A stretch of 64,000 bases of DNA from Candidatus Falkowbacteria bacterium RIFOXYC2_FULL_36_12 (lineage in GTDB: Bacteria > Patescibacteriota > Patescibacteriia > UBA11705): the NCBI GenBank assembly GCA_001778235.1, contig MFGJ01000006.1, positions 7,121 through 71,120 on the forward strand. Reading direction: 5' to 3'. The notes under the pieces were generated by a model. The model had not been told where the DNA came from. It saw only the letters and a list, made by a program, of their open reading frames with translations, and ran no database searches. This document shows, in pieces, positions 12,035 through 22,324 of this stretch (its first letter is position 1; each line of letters opens with the position of its first letter). The position numbers were made by a program, and so were the translations under genes.

Positions 12035-12676
12035 ATGAAAATTGATAAAGAAAAACAAGAATTTAATTTTTTGGAAAAATTATTGGCTGGTCGTGGAATC
12101 AAGTTTGTGATTGAAATTGGTTGTGGCGATGGCAGAATCACGAAAATGCTTGATGAAATTTTGGGGGCAGATATTACAGCAATTGATGCTGATGAAGTTG
12201 CTTTGGAAAAAGCTAAGAAAAAATTACCAAAGGTTTATTTCAAAAAAAGTGGTTTTACTGATTTTTTCAGTGATGACAAGTTTGATTTGATGGTTTTTTC
12301 AATGTCAGCTCATCATTTGCCGAATTTTGAATTTCAGTATGTCAAGATTGTCAGATTTCTGAAAGAGGAGGGCTATGTTTTGTTTATTGAGCCAAATATA
12401 AAGAATCAGATATCAAAGTTGGTGTTAATTGAAGACCCTGAAGAAGAACTCCGGGTGGAAAATACAGCCAAAATAATAAAAAATTTGCCATGGAAAAAGG
12501 TTGTTGATCAAACTTTGAAACTAATTTGGCAATTTGAAAATTTAGCCCAGTTGAATAAGAAGTTATTTGAGGATCATGATCATGTTGATGAGATAAAAAA
12601 AATATTGAAATGTGAAACTGATAAAAAAGTTGAATTGACGGATGAAATTAATTATTCTCTATTTAAAATTTCTTGA
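12035..12676 (+). CDS. class I SAM-dependent methyltransferase
   Basis: Motif I VIEIGCGDGR. Confidence 0.65.
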   Translation: MKIDKEKQEFNFLEKLLAGRGIKFVIEIGCGDGRITKMLDEILGADITAIDADEVALEKAKKKLPKVYFKKSGFTDFFSDDKFDLMVFSMSAHHLPNFEFQYVKIVRFLKEEGYVLFIEPNIKNQISKLVLIEDPEEELRVENTAKIIKNLPWKKVVDQTLKLIWQFENLAQLNKKLFEDHDHVDEIKKILKCETDKKVELTDEINYSLFKIS

Positions 12677-13722
12677 TTATGAAGTTTGTTGATGAATTTT
12701 TAATCCAATATATTGAAAATAAACAATTGACTCATAGTCCAGTTGTGGTCCAGAAATTGTTTGAACAGAAGATTGAACAATTTGAGCCAAATGAAAGAAA
12801 AACGGCAATTGAATATTTGCAACAGAAGATACAAGATTTAGAAACAGCAATGTATGGGTTACAAGAAATTAAAAAATTAAATAGTGAAGAAAAAGTTGAT
12901 TGGCGTCAAGTGTTTCAAAAGTATGATTTGACCGAGGAGGATATTAGAGATGAATTGACTGGAGTACTGGAAGAATATTTAGAAAAGAAAGGATTTTCTG
13001 ATTATGAACAGATATTAAATCTTTATCAACAAGTCCCTGAAACAATTAGAAATAATAATATTAGGCAGAAGATTTTAGAAAAGATTCTAGGTTTGCATTT
13101 GTCATATTCTTCTAGTCAGAGAAAAAATTTCTTGAGACAAATTTTGAAAAATTTTCCTGATGTTTTGGTCTTGTCTGCGTCGAAGGTTTGTAAGCTCGAT
13201 TGGCACTCCGAAGAAAAATATGCTTTGTTTCAGCAGTTTATTGATAATGAGTCTGCTCGAGAGGCGTTGGCAGAATTTGAGCTTAGCGATTTTCTGGAAT
13301 TACGCCGTAATAAGATATTGGATGAACTGTTTGCACTTTATTATGAATATAATCCAATAATGATTATTTGTCAGGCTGATGGTTTTACTGCTCAAATTGA
13401 TAGTATTAGAGGTGAACCTTTTGATGAATTGTTGCAAAAGTTATTAGCAGACAAGCCATCTGATGTTTTGAAATTTTTATTGAAAGTTGATTTACCTGAT
13501 GAACAAAAAGTAGAAATTTATAGTAGATTTATGACTGAAAATGATTGTGATTTGCTTCATAATACAGAATTATTAAAGTATTTAGGTAGTAGCCGAATAA
13601 AATATTATAAACAAATAACAGATTTGTTTCCTGATAAGGCAAAACAAATTTTAGTCACAGTTTTGCATGAGCAAGATTGTAAAACTATCCAGGAGTGTTG
13701 GGTGAAATTACAAAATTACTAA
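12673..13722 (+). CDS. hypothetical protein
   Basis: 349-aa ORF with 4-bp overlap to the upstream gene. No recognisable motifs. Confidence 0.5.
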   Translation: MIMKFVDEFLIQYIENKQLTHSPVVVQKLFEQKIEQFEPNERKTAIEYLQQKIQDLETAMYGLQEIKKLNSEEKVDWRQVFQKYDLTEEDIRDELTGVLEEYLEKKGFSDYEQILNLYQQVPETIRNNNIRQKILEKILGLHLSYSSSQRKNFLRQILKNFPDVLVLSASKVCKLDWHSEEKYALFQQFIDNESAREALAEFELSDFLELRRNKILDELFALYYEYNPIMIICQADGFTAQIDSIRGEPFDELLQKLLADKPSDVLKFLLKVDLPDEQKVEIYSRFMTENDCDLLHNTELLKYLGSSRIKYYKQITDLFPDKAKQILVTVLHEQDCKTIQECWVKLQNY

Positions 13723-13748
13723 AAATTACAAACATTACAAAAATCAGT

Positions 13749-14063
13749 ATGAATTTTAAATTCCCATACAAGAATTATAAACCCCAAGAGTTAATACGAC
13801 GAGCAGGTTATGGCCAGATTTTTAATCGACATACAAATGAAACTAGCTATAAGAGAGCTCTGGGTTCAGCTTTTTATCCAAGGTTTCATGTTTATATCAA
13901 AGAATTTGAAAAATATTTTGAGATTAGTTTGCATCTGGATCAGAAACAAGCAAGCTATGAAGGTAGCAAAGCCCATTCTGGTGAGTATAATGGTGAACAA
14001 GTTGAAAATGAAGCCAGGCGGATTACCAAGGTAATTGCTGATATTTATGGCATTGAAGTTTGA
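13749..14063 (+). CDS. hypothetical protein
   Basis: The ORF begins at 13695 in the track. The internal ATG at 13749 avoids overlap with the upstream gene. Confidence 0.4.
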   Translation: MNFKFPYKNYKPQELIRRAGYGQIFNRHTNETSYKRALGSAFYPRFHVYIKEFEKYFEISLHLDQKQASYEGSKAHSGEYNGEQVENEARRITKVIADIYGIEV

Positions 14064-14090
14064 TTTTAATAATGCTAAAATTTAATCAAT

Positions 14091-14381
14091 ATGATTTCAA
14101 AAGATGAGATTGAACATTTGGCAAAATTAGCCAAATTGGAATTAACTGAACAAGAAAAAAACAAGTTTACTGGACAGCTTGATTCTATTTTGATGTATTT
14201 TAATCAGATTGATGAAGTTGATTTGGATGGAGTTGAGGTTTCTGACCATATTACTGGGTTGCAAAATGTTATGAGACCAGATGTGGTCAGTCAGGATATT
14301 GATCCTGATGATTTGCTTCGAGGAGTACCAGAGGTTGAGGAAAATCAAGTGAAAGTTAAGCCGGTGTTAAATAATCAGTAA
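14091..14381 (+). CDS. gatC: Asp/Glu-tRNA amidotransferase subunit C
   Basis: Size, position directly upstream of gatA, and the EVDLDGVEV region. Confidence 0.8.
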   Translation: MISKDEIEHLAKLAKLELTEQEKNKFTGQLDSILMYFNQIDEVDLDGVEVSDHITGLQNVMRPDVVSQDIDPDDLLRGVPEVEENQVKVKPVLNNQ

Positions 14382-14383
14382 TT

Positions 14384-15805
14384 ATGCTCAAAAAATATAC
14401 AATAAAAGAAGTCCATGAAGGCTTGATGCAGGGTAGATTTACATGTGAAGACCTAACTTTGTTTTTTCTGCAGAGAATAAAAAACAGAAATAAGGAAATT
14501 AATGCTTTTATTTCTATTACTGAAAATTTAGCTTTGAGACAAGCAAAAAAAGTTGATGAAAAAATTGCAACTGGAGTGAAGATTGGATTGCTTGAGGGTG
14601 TTCCTTGCGCTATAAAAGATAATATTTTGGTAAAAGATGAGCTAGCAACGGCTGGGTCTAGAATTTTGGAAAACTATATTGCCAGTTATGATGCTACGGT
14701 TGTGGAGAAATTGAAACAAGCTGGTGCGGTTATTTTGGGAAAAACAAACATGGATGAATTTGCTATGGGTGGTTCAGGTGAGACTTCCAGTTTTGGACCG
14801 ACAAAAAATCCAGTTGATTTGACTAAAGTTCCCGGAGGTTCATCGTCAGGTTCAGCTGCCGCGGTTAGAGATAATTTGTGTGTTTTTGCTCTTGGATCAG
14901 ATACAGGTGGTTCAATTCGTCAGCCAGCCAGTTTTTGTGGTTTAGTTGGTTTGAAACCAACATATGGACGAGTTTCTCGATATGGACTGATGGCAATGGC
15001 TTCAAGCTTTGATCAGATTGGTCATATTACCAATTGTGCTGAAGATTCAGCGATTGTATTAAAGACAATTTCTGGATTGGATAAAAAAGATTCAACTTCG
15101 ATTGATAGAGCAGATGATTATTTGACAGATATTAATAAACCTTTGGCAGGTCTGAAAGTTGGTTTACCGGCAGAATATTTTATCAAAGGCATGGATGAGG
15201 AAGTTGAGCGCATTGTTTTGCAGGCAGTAAATAAGCTTCGTGATCTTGGAGCAGAAGTAAAAGAAATTTCTTTGGCATATTCAAAGTATGCTTTATCAAC
15301 ATATTATATCCTGATGCCAGCGGAAGTTTCATCAAATTTGGCTAGATTTGATGGTGTCAGGTATGGATTTCGCGCTGACGGTGGTAATCTAGAAGAAATG
15401 TATTTGAAGACCAGAACTCATGGTTTCGGTGATGAAGTCAAGAGAAGAATTATGCTTGGTACCTATGTTTTATCTGCAGGTTATGCTGATCAATACTATA
15501 AACAGGCGCAGAAATTGAGAACAAAAATAAAAAAAGATTTTGAAGTTGCTTTTAAGGAGGTTGATATTATTGTTACCCCAACAACTCCTTCAGTTGCTTT
15601 TGATTTGGGAGAAAAATTTGATGACCCATTAACAATGTATTTAGCTGATATTTTTACTGTTTCTGTCAATGTTGCTGGTCTGCCAGCGATTTCATTGCCT
15701 GTAGGCTTGAAAGGAGATTTGCCTATTGGTATGCAGATAATTGGTAAGTATTTTGCTGAATCAGAAATTTTAAATGTATCAAATATACTTGAACAAAATT
15801 TGTAG
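14384..15805 (+). CDS. gatA: Asp/Glu-tRNA amidotransferase subunit A
   Basis: Amidase signature GGSSSGSAAAV and the KDNI catalytic Lys region. Confidence 0.9.
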   Translation: MLKKYTIKEVHEGLMQGRFTCEDLTLFFLQRIKNRNKEINAFISITENLALRQAKKVDEKIATGVKIGLLEGVPCAIKDNILVKDELATAGSRILENYIASYDATVVEKLKQAGAVILGKTNMDEFAMGGSGETSSFGPTKNPVDLTKVPGGSSSGSAAAVRDNLCVFALGSDTGGSIRQPASFCGLVGLKPTYGRVSRYGLMAMASSFDQIGHITNCAEDSAIVLKTISGLDKKDSTSIDRADDYLTDINKPLAGLKVGLPAEYFIKGMDEEVERIVLQAVNKLRDLGAEVKEISLAYSKYALSTYYILMPAEVSSNLARFDGVRYGFRADGGNLEEMYLKTRTHGFGDEVKRRIMLGTYVLSAGYADQYYKQAQKLRTKIKKDFEVAFKEVDIIVTPTTPSVAFDLGEKFDDPLTMYLADIFTVSVNVAGLPAISLPVGLKGDLPIGMQIIGKYFAESEILNVSNILEQNL

Positions 15806-15806
15806 T

Positions 15807-16955
15807 ATGAAAACTTTTTTATTAATTTTATTGATGATTGTATTTGCTCCGGCAATGACTGGTCAGGTTTTGGCTCGAGAATTTATTTATGATGTTGGTC
15901 TGTCAGCGCAAGATATAACATTTTCTTTGCCAGTTGATCGAATGCCAGCTCATGATTTTGTCCGCATATACGCAAAAATTACTAATTATGGCAGTTCGGA
16001 TATGATGGCATCGGTGGCGTTTTACAAAGGTGTTCAGCTTATAGGCAGATCACAAGAGATTTCAATCAGAGCAGATGGTCTGGCTGACGAGGTTTTTGTT
16101 GATTGGGAGGTGCCGACAGAGCCTTTTTCAATTACAGCAAAGATTCAAAATTCTCAACCCGGTGATCAAAATTTATTGAATAATGAAACCCAATCAATTT
16201 TAATTGTGCCTTTACCAGACAGGGATAAGGATGCTATTCCTGATACTGAAGATACTGATGATGACAATGATAATGTTTCTGATATTGATGAAATTGCTCA
16301 AGGTACAAATCCTAATAATCCAGATTCAGATGAAGATGGCGTGCTGGATGATGTGGATTATTATCCCCTTGATTCAGCTAAACAAGAACAAGAAGTTATT
16401 ATTCAGCCAGTGCCAGAAGAAAAGCAACCAGTGGTTGAAGAATCTCGAACTAATAATGATTCAGCCAGTCAAAATGATTCAACAGGGCAAACAGAAAATG
16501 CACAGGATAATAATGAGCAAAATTCTTCTGACCAGGAAAGTGAAGTTGAAATTGTAGATGAAGCCCAAGATAACCAAACTCTGGATGAGTTACAAGCACA
16601 GATACTTGATGCTGATGGAATCTTGGAAAAGGTAAAAATAGTGGTTAGTCAAATTGCTTGGGGAGAGTATGAATTTTCTTTTGTGACAGATGAAGTTGAT
16701 ATAAATCCAGCTGATTTGAATCATGTTTGGGAGTTTGGGGATGGAGAAACTAGCAGTACTAGCGGAATTCATAAGTATAAGCAACCTGGAAGTTATTTTG
16801 TAAAAGTGAAAATTGATGGAGAATATGGCAACACAATAAAAGATGTTGTTGAGGTAAATGTGCCATTTTTCTCTATATACAATATTTATCTTTGGGGGGC
16901 TGGATTGTTAATACTGTTTGTTGCAATAGTATTAGTCATATTTATAAAAAAATAA
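15807..16955 (+). CDS. surface protein with thrombospondin-type-3-like Asp-rich repeats, a PKD-like domain and a C-terminal TM anchor
   Basis: Signal peptide from M at 15807, which abuts the gatA stop. DxDxDG-like acidic repeats. WEFGDGETS...GSYFVKVK is PKD-like. The C-terminus is hydrophobic. Confidence 0.55.
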   Translation: MKTFLLILLMIVFAPAMTGQVLAREFIYDVGLSAQDITFSLPVDRMPAHDFVRIYAKITNYGSSDMMASVAFYKGVQLIGRSQEISIRADGLADEVFVDWEVPTEPFSITAKIQNSQPGDQNLLNNETQSILIVPLPDRDKDAIPDTEDTDDDNDNVSDIDEIAQGTNPNNPDSDEDGVLDDVDYYPLDSAKQEQEVIIQPVPEEKQPVVEESRTNNDSASQNDSTGQTENAQDNNEQNSSDQESEVEIVDEAQDNQTLDELQAQILDADGILEKVKIVVSQIAWGEYEFSFVTDEVDINPADLNHVWEFGDGETSSTSGIHKYKQPGSYFVKVKIDGEYGNTIKDVVEVNVPFFSIYNIYLWGAGLLILFVAIVLVIFIKK

Positions 16956-16986
16956 AATATCCTGTTTCAACAGGGGTGATAAAATC

Positions 16987-17526
16987 GTGAGGGGATTGAA
17001 ATTTTTCACAATTCTAATGTTAATTATTCTGCCCAGTCTGGCCCAGGCCCAGCCTGGTGATTTTGGTACAATGAGCCAAGTTGTAATACGCTACAATCAG
17101 ATTGATTGGCAGACCTATGAATTTCTGGCTGATAGTAATGACAATGAAGAAATTTTTAGTTATATCTGGAGAGTTGATGGTAAGGATTTTTATTATTCTC
17201 CGAAAATTCAGTATCATTTCAGTCCAGGTGAACATGATGTGATGGTGACGGTCAGTGATCTGCATGGTAATAAAAAATATGATAATGTTCGTATAGATGC
17301 TAATTTCTGGTCTTTGCAAAATAATTATCTTCTGTGGTTTTTGTATGCCTTTGTGGTGCTGGTAATATTATATTATTGGATTTTGAAATTGATATATTTA
17401 TTCAATGAGCGTCGGATCGGCAAAGAGACGCGGCAATTTTTTTCCTTTCTAGATTCGCATGGTTGGGTTGAGAGGGTGATTAATCATCATAGTGGAAAAA
17501 TAAGAAAAACTTTAAAAAAGAAATAA
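16987..17526 (+). CDS. secreted or anchored protein with a PKD-like domain
   Basis: Signal peptide, a PKD-like GEHDVMVTVSDLHGN segment and a C-terminal TM helix. Confidence 0.5.
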   Translation: MRGLKFFTILMLIILPSLAQAQPGDFGTMSQVVIRYNQIDWQTYEFLADSNDNEEIFSYIWRVDGKDFYYSPKIQYHFSPGEHDVMVTVSDLHGNKKYDNVRIDANFWSLQNNYLLWFLYAFVVLVILYYWILKLIYLFNERRIGKETRQFFSFLDSHGWVERVINHHSGKIRKTLKKK

Positions 17527-17543
17527 TTAAATAAAAAAAATTT

Positions 17544-17891
17544 ATGTTTTTAATCAGATGGTTAATAAATGCATTAGCAATTTATGCGATTGCTGAATTA
17601 TATTCAGGTTTGTCAATCACGAGTTTTTATACTGCTTTGTTAATAGTGATAATTTTTGGTCTGGTAAATGCAGTAATCGGTAATATATTGAAGTTGTTAA
17701 CTTTGCCGATAAATATTTTAACTCTGGGAGTTGGTTGTTTGTTTATAAATGGATTGATGCTATGGTTAACCAGTTCTATTATTAAAGGTATGGAATTGTC
17801 TGGTTTTTGGGCAGCTTTTTTGGTGGCGCTCATTTATAGTATTATTACATTTTTTACTGGTTGGCTATTGAAGAGAGGGAAGGAGTATTAA
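17544..17891 (+). CDS. DUF360 / phage holin family 4-like membrane protein
   Basis: 115 aa with 4 TM helices. LINALAIYA...LGLxNxxIxPxLxLLTLP...TLG pattern. Confidence 0.5.
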   Translation: MFLIRWLINALAIYAIAELYSGLSITSFYTALLIVIIFGLVNAVIGNILKLLTLPINILTLGVGCLFINGLMLWLTSSIIKGMELSGFWAAFLVALIYSIITFFTGWLLKRGKEY

Positions 17892-17973
17892 GGTGGAGTT
17901 TGGATAATTGAAGATTAAAGATTGGAGAATTGAAGATCTGTGAAGTGGTGATTTATAAATTTATTAATGTTGT

Positions 17974-18345
17974 ATGGCAATAAATTTTTATGAACTTGAT
18001 GTCTGGAAGAATGCTTATGATTTATTGATGAAAATTTATGATGTTACTAAGGGTTACCCAAGGGAAGAAATTTATAGCTTGATTCAACAAACAAGAAGAT
18101 CAGCAAATTCTGTTGTGGCCAATATTGCTGAGGCACATGGAAGGTATTATTATAAAGATAAAATTAGGGTTTTGTATATTGCTAGAGGAGAAGTGACGGA
18201 AATTCAAAGTCATCTTCGTGTAGCTTTGGGTGTAGGTTATATGGAAACTATGAGTTTTAATAGCATTGATTTGAAGTATCAAGAATTGTACAAAAATTTA
18301 AGTAATTATATAAGATATTTATTGACGCAAGTTAATAAATCCTAA
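17974..18345 (+). CDS. four-helix-bundle protein (23S rRNA IVS-type protein family)
   Basis: N-terminal FYELDVWK...Y..T..FP.EE.Y.L..Q.RR.A.S...NIAEG signature. Confidence 0.8.
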   Translation: MAINFYELDVWKNAYDLLMKIYDVTKGYPREEIYSLIQQTRRSANSVVANIAEAHGRYYYKDKIRVLYIARGEVTEIQSHLRVALGVGYMETMSFNSIDLKYQELYKNLSNYIRYLLTQVNKS

Positions 18346-18408
18346 TATATTAAATTTTATTTAATTTTTAATCTTTAATCCTTGATCTTTGATTCTCAAC
18401 ATTTATTT

Positions 18409-18945
18409 ATGCCTAGAATTTTACTTCACACCTGTTGTGCGCCATGTGGTGGCTATGTGATAAAAAAACTTCAATCTATGGGATATGAAGTTACGGTTTT
18501 TTATTATAATCCAAATGTTTTTCCCGAAGATGAATATAAATTACGATTGAATGAAGCAAAGAGATTTTGTGCCAAAGAAAAGGTGGATTTAATTGAGGGG
18601 GGATATAATTATAATGAATGGAAACAGAAAATTAAGGGTTTTGAAAATGAACCTGAAAAAGGTCATCGTTGTGAAATTTGCATTGGTCTTCGATTGCTTG
18701 AAACAGCTCAAGTAGCAATTGAAAACGAATTTGAGGCTTTTGCCACAACACTGACAATAAGTCCGCATAAATCAGCTGAAATGGTTAATAAAATTGGGCA
18801 TGAAGCTACAACTTTGTATAATATAAAATTTGTTGATAATGTTTGGCGTAAGGAAGATGGGTTTAAAAAATCTTGTGATTTGGCTGAAAAAGAAAGTTTT
18901 CACCGACAGGATTATTGTGGCTGTGAGTTTTCAATTAGAGTATAA
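18409..18945 (+). CDS. queH: epoxyqueuosine reductase QueH (DUF208)
   Basis: LLHTCCAPCGGY motif near the N-terminus and conserved Cys residues later in the protein. An ORF-track start at 18382 is possible. Confidence 0.75.
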   Translation: MPRILLHTCCAPCGGYVIKKLQSMGYEVTVFYYNPNVFPEDEYKLRLNEAKRFCAKEKVDLIEGGYNYNEWKQKIKGFENEPEKGHRCEICIGLRLLETAQVAIENEFEAFATTLTISPHKSAEMVNKIGHEATTLYNIKFVDNVWRKEDGFKKSCDLAEKESFHRQDYCGCEFSIRV

Positions 18946-19065
18946 TAGATTGAAAGATTATAGTTGATAGTTGTGCTATTGACACTTGGGATGTTTTTTG
19001 TTAATGTTTATAGTCCTTTGATTATTGAAGAATAATTTCCCTTAGAGCGCAAAAGGAGCAGAAGA

Positions 19066-19533
19066 ATGACAGAACAAAAAAGAGTTTGTATTTTTTATAA
19101 TACTTCGTTTACTCCAACAAAAAATGAAATACAGTCGGTGTTTGAACATTTTTTTGATATTATAAAAGTTTCTGATTATGAAATAGACTGTATTGAATGT
19201 TTAGATACTGTTCAAGTTCAGACCGCTGTTACTAGATGCAATGAATTTTACTATGATTTGATTTTTATGGATATTGCACCGAGGTCGCAGATTGTTGTGG
19301 CTATGGGTAAAATTTTTGGTCGACTGCGGAAAAGTCTTTATACTCGAATTGTGGTTCAATATTTTCATATGGCAATGGAGTTTTTGGTGGCTTGTCACCA
19401 TATAACTTCGGAGCAGGCAGAGGCATTAGCCCAGTTGCCAAATTTGTTTGAAACAGTGGGAAACCAGACAAATACTAGAATCTTTGCTATCATCTTGGGA
19501 GTGCAACTTCCAAAGTGTTTGCAAAGTTTGTGA
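19066..19533 (+). CDS. hypothetical protein, possibly a degenerate receiver-like fold
   Basis: 155 aa, RBS AAAGGAG. Possible -35/-10 at 18981-19015. Confidence 0.4.
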   Translation: MTEQKRVCIFYNTSFTPTKNEIQSVFEHFFDIIKVSDYEIDCIECLDTVQVQTAVTRCNEFYYDLIFMDIAPRSQIVVAMGKIFGRLRKSLYTRIVVQYFHMAMEFLVACHHITSEQAEALAQLPNLFETVGNQTNTRIFAIILGVQLPKCLQSL

Positions 19534-19592
19534 GAATCTGATTAATATGTCAGATTTTTTGTTTTATTAAAGGTTTGTGTTAAAATAAGCTC

Positions 19593-21569
19593 ATGCGAAT
19601 TGATTATAAACAAGCTCTAAATCTGGAACAGTACAAGGCGGTCGTTGAAGGCGATGGTGCTTGTTTGGTTTTGGCGGGAGCCGGTAGTGGCAAGACCAGA
19701 ACTCTAGTTTACCGCGTAGCCTATCTAATGGAAAAAGGTATAGCTCCAGAAAATATCTTATTGGTAACCTTTACCAATAAAGCGGCCAAAGAAATGATTG
19801 AACGAGTTCAACATTTATTGGGGTTTAAACCAGATGGATTGAATGCGGGGACTTTCCATAGTATGGCCAATAAATTGCTCCGACAATATGCTCATAAAAT
19901 CGGTTTTACTCGAGGATTCAGTATTCTGGATCAAGAAGATTCTGTCAGTCTGGTCAAGGATTGTATGAAAGATTTTAATTTGAATGTAAAAGGACAAAAT
20001 TTTCCTAAAGCCAATGTGGTGCAGGCAATAATTTCTTTTTCTAGAAATTCCAATCAAGAAATAGCTGAAGTTGCCAGAATGAAATATGGTTATCCTGATT
20101 TTATTGCTGATACAATTGATAAATTGGCAATAAATTATAATGACAAGAAAAAAGCCAGTAATTCGATGGATTTTGATGATTTGTTATATTTTTGGTTATT
20201 ATTGCTCCAAAAATTGCCCGAAGTTAGAGCTGAACTGGCTGAACAATTTCAGTATATACTGGTTGATGAGTATCAGGATACCAATTATCTGCAAGCTGCG
20301 ATAATTTATAATTTAGCTTCAAAACATAATAATGTGTTAGTTGTCGGTGATGATTCTCAAAGTATTTATAGTTTTAGAGCAGCCGATGTTGGCAATATAT
20401 TGAATTTCCCTAAAGATTTTCCAGGAGCAAAAATATTTAAGATTGAACACAATTATCGCAGTACTCCTCAAATATTGAATTTGGCTAATAAATCAATTGA
20501 ACACAATCAAGATAAATTTGAAAAAAAATTACAAGCAATCAGAGAAGGAGGAACAATGCCGAATTTAATCCCAGCCAGAGATGTTTATCAGCAAGCACAT
20601 CTTATCTGTAATAAGATAATTGAATATGATGATAAAGGTATTGATTATAATAATATTGCAATATTGTTTCGTTCAACTTTTCATTCAGCGGAATTGCAAT
20701 TGGAATTAGCCAAGAGAAATATTCCTTTCATCGTTCGAGGTGGTTTACGATATTTTGAACAAGCGCATGTAAAGGATTTGGTATCATATTTGAAGATTTT
20801 AGGTAATTTCAAGGATGAACTTGCTTGGAAGCGAATTTTGAAAATGCATGATGGTATTGGTCAGGCAAGTGCTGAAAAAATTTGGCAGGAAATAAATAGT
20901 TATTCTAGTTTGGCGCAAATTATAAATCAGGGATTGGATTTGAGAAATTCGAGAGCTCAAAATAGTTGGGCGAAGATTATTGGTTTATTCACTTTCTTGT
21001 CGGCTATAGATTTTTCAAAAAAAGGTAGTATGGCTGAAGCAATTATTTATGTTCTTGAACATGGATATAGAGATTATTTGAAAACAACTTTTGACAATCA
21101 TAAAGAGAGAATGGATGATGTCCAGCAGTTTATTGATTTTGTTATGACTTATGACAATCTGGACAATTTGTTGTCTGATGTCATGTTGTCAGAAAGTTTT
21201 GCCAATGATAGTGAACAAAGAGAGAAATCAATTGTTCTAACAACGATTCATCAGGCCAAAGGACTTGAATGGAAATATGTTATGATTTTGGGTTTGCGCG
21301 ATGGTGATTTCCCTCATTATAAATCAATGGAGGATCAAAAACAGTTAGAAGAAGAACGACGATTGTTTTATGTAGCAGTTACTCGGGCCAAGGATCAATT
21401 ATTTATGCTTTATCCAATCAGAAAAAATACTTTTCAATACGGCGAGATGACTGGTGGACCATCAATGTTTATTCGAGAGGTAGGCAATGATAAATATGTT
21501 ACGACAAGATCAAATAATTTTGTTGATGAAGGTGGAGAGTGGGAGGATGATGTGGTGTGTTATGATTGA
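19593..21569 (+). CDS. ATP-dependent DNA helicase, UvrD/PcrA family
   Basis: Walker A AGAGSGKTRTL, motifs II (VDEYQDTN), IV and VI. Ends with a TGA stop. Confidence 0.85.
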   Translation: MRIDYKQALNLEQYKAVVEGDGACLVLAGAGSGKTRTLVYRVAYLMEKGIAPENILLVTFTNKAAKEMIERVQHLLGFKPDGLNAGTFHSMANKLLRQYAHKIGFTRGFSILDQEDSVSLVKDCMKDFNLNVKGQNFPKANVVQAIISFSRNSNQEIAEVARMKYGYPDFIADTIDKLAINYNDKKKASNSMDFDDLLYFWLLLLQKLPEVRAELAEQFQYILVDEYQDTNYLQAAIIYNLASKHNNVLVVGDDSQSIYSFRAADVGNILNFPKDFPGAKIFKIEHNYRSTPQILNLANKSIEHNQDKFEKKLQAIREGGTMPNLIPARDVYQQAHLICNKIIEYDDKGIDYNNIAILFRSTFHSAELQLELAKRNIPFIVRGGLRYFEQAHVKDLVSYLKILGNFKDELAWKRILKMHDGIGQASAEKIWQEINSYSSLAQIINQGLDLRNSRAQNSWAKIIGLFTFLSAIDFSKKGSMAEAIIYVLEHGYRDYLKTTFDNHKERMDDVQQFIDFVMTYDNLDNLLSDVMLSESFANDSEQREKSIVLTTIHQAKGLEWKYVMILGLRDGDFPHYKSMEDQKQLEEERRLFYVAVTRAKDQLFMLYPIRKNTFQYGEMTGGPSMFIREVGNDKYVTTRSNNFVDEGGEWEDDVVCYD

Positions 21570-21672
21570 AGATTAAAGATTGAAGATTAAAGATTGAAGA
21601 TTGAAGATTGAAGATTGAAGATTGAAGATTGAAGATTGAAGATTGAAGATTGAAGATTGAAGATTGAAGATT
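21566..21672. repeat. heptanucleotide microsatellite, (GATTGAA)n of about 13 units with two GATTAAA variants
   Basis: A perfect 7-bp periodicity is visible, overlapping the UvrD stop codon. Confidence 0.9.
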
Positions 21673-21748
21673 TTTATTAGAGGTGGGTTAGCTTATGGTT
21701 GAAAAGAGTATAGTTGAGAGTCGAAATGTTAGTGTGATTTTTTGGATA

Positions 21749-21781
21749 AAAAGATTCGAGTGTGTTAGCTCGAATTTTTTA
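21749..21781. terminator. bidirectional intrinsic terminator
   Basis: AAAAAG-ATTCGAG-loop-CTCGAAT-TTTTTT lies between convergent genes. Confidence 0.5.
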
Positions 21782-22324
21782 GATATTGTCGATTTTATAT
21801 TTTTTCTTACTAATTAGATGGCCTAAAATTGCTCCAAGTAAAATCAGTCCAAGAACAATTAGAATATTTAACAAAGTTTGAACCCCAGGATTTGTCGTAT
21901 TTTTTTCTGAAATTTCAACCCGAGTCAAGCCAGGACCAAAGAAATTGATATAGGATTTATCCGAGAATGTCAGTTGCTGTAAAGAGCATTGATTGAATTG
22001 GCAGGATTTCAGACCCAAGATACTTGATTGAATTGTTTGACGAAATTTTTCTTGGAACATGTCTGATCCGGTCAACTGTTCAACAGTGAAATCTGAAGTA
22101 ATGGTATCAAGGTTTTTTTGGAATTCAGCTGTTGTTACTGAATTAATATGACAGTTGTTTTCTGATGAAACGGAAATTGCCACGAGTAGAGTTTCTTTAT
22201 CAGATGTTAGTGTGGCATATGAAACAATAGTGGTATTATCCTGTACCGGTGGTGATTCAGCTTTTAGTCTGATGCCTGAAAAAATGATAAAAATTACGAT
22301 AATGAGTTGTAAGGATCTTTTCAT
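21779..22324 (-). CDS. hypothetical secreted protein with a C-terminal TM anchor
   Basis: Start taken at MKRSL (22324), preceded by GGAGAGGGGGG. Signal peptide and a C-terminal hydrophobic helix. Confidence 0.45.
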   Translation of the reverse strand: MKRSLQLIIVIFIIFSGIRLKAESPPVQDNTTIVSYATLTSDKETLLVAISVSSENNCHINSVTTAEFQKNLDTITSDFTVEQLTGSDMFQEKFRQTIQSSILGLKSCQFNQCSLQQLTFSDKSYINFFGPGLTRVEISEKNTTNPGVQTLLNILIVLGLILLGAILGHLISKKKYKIDNI

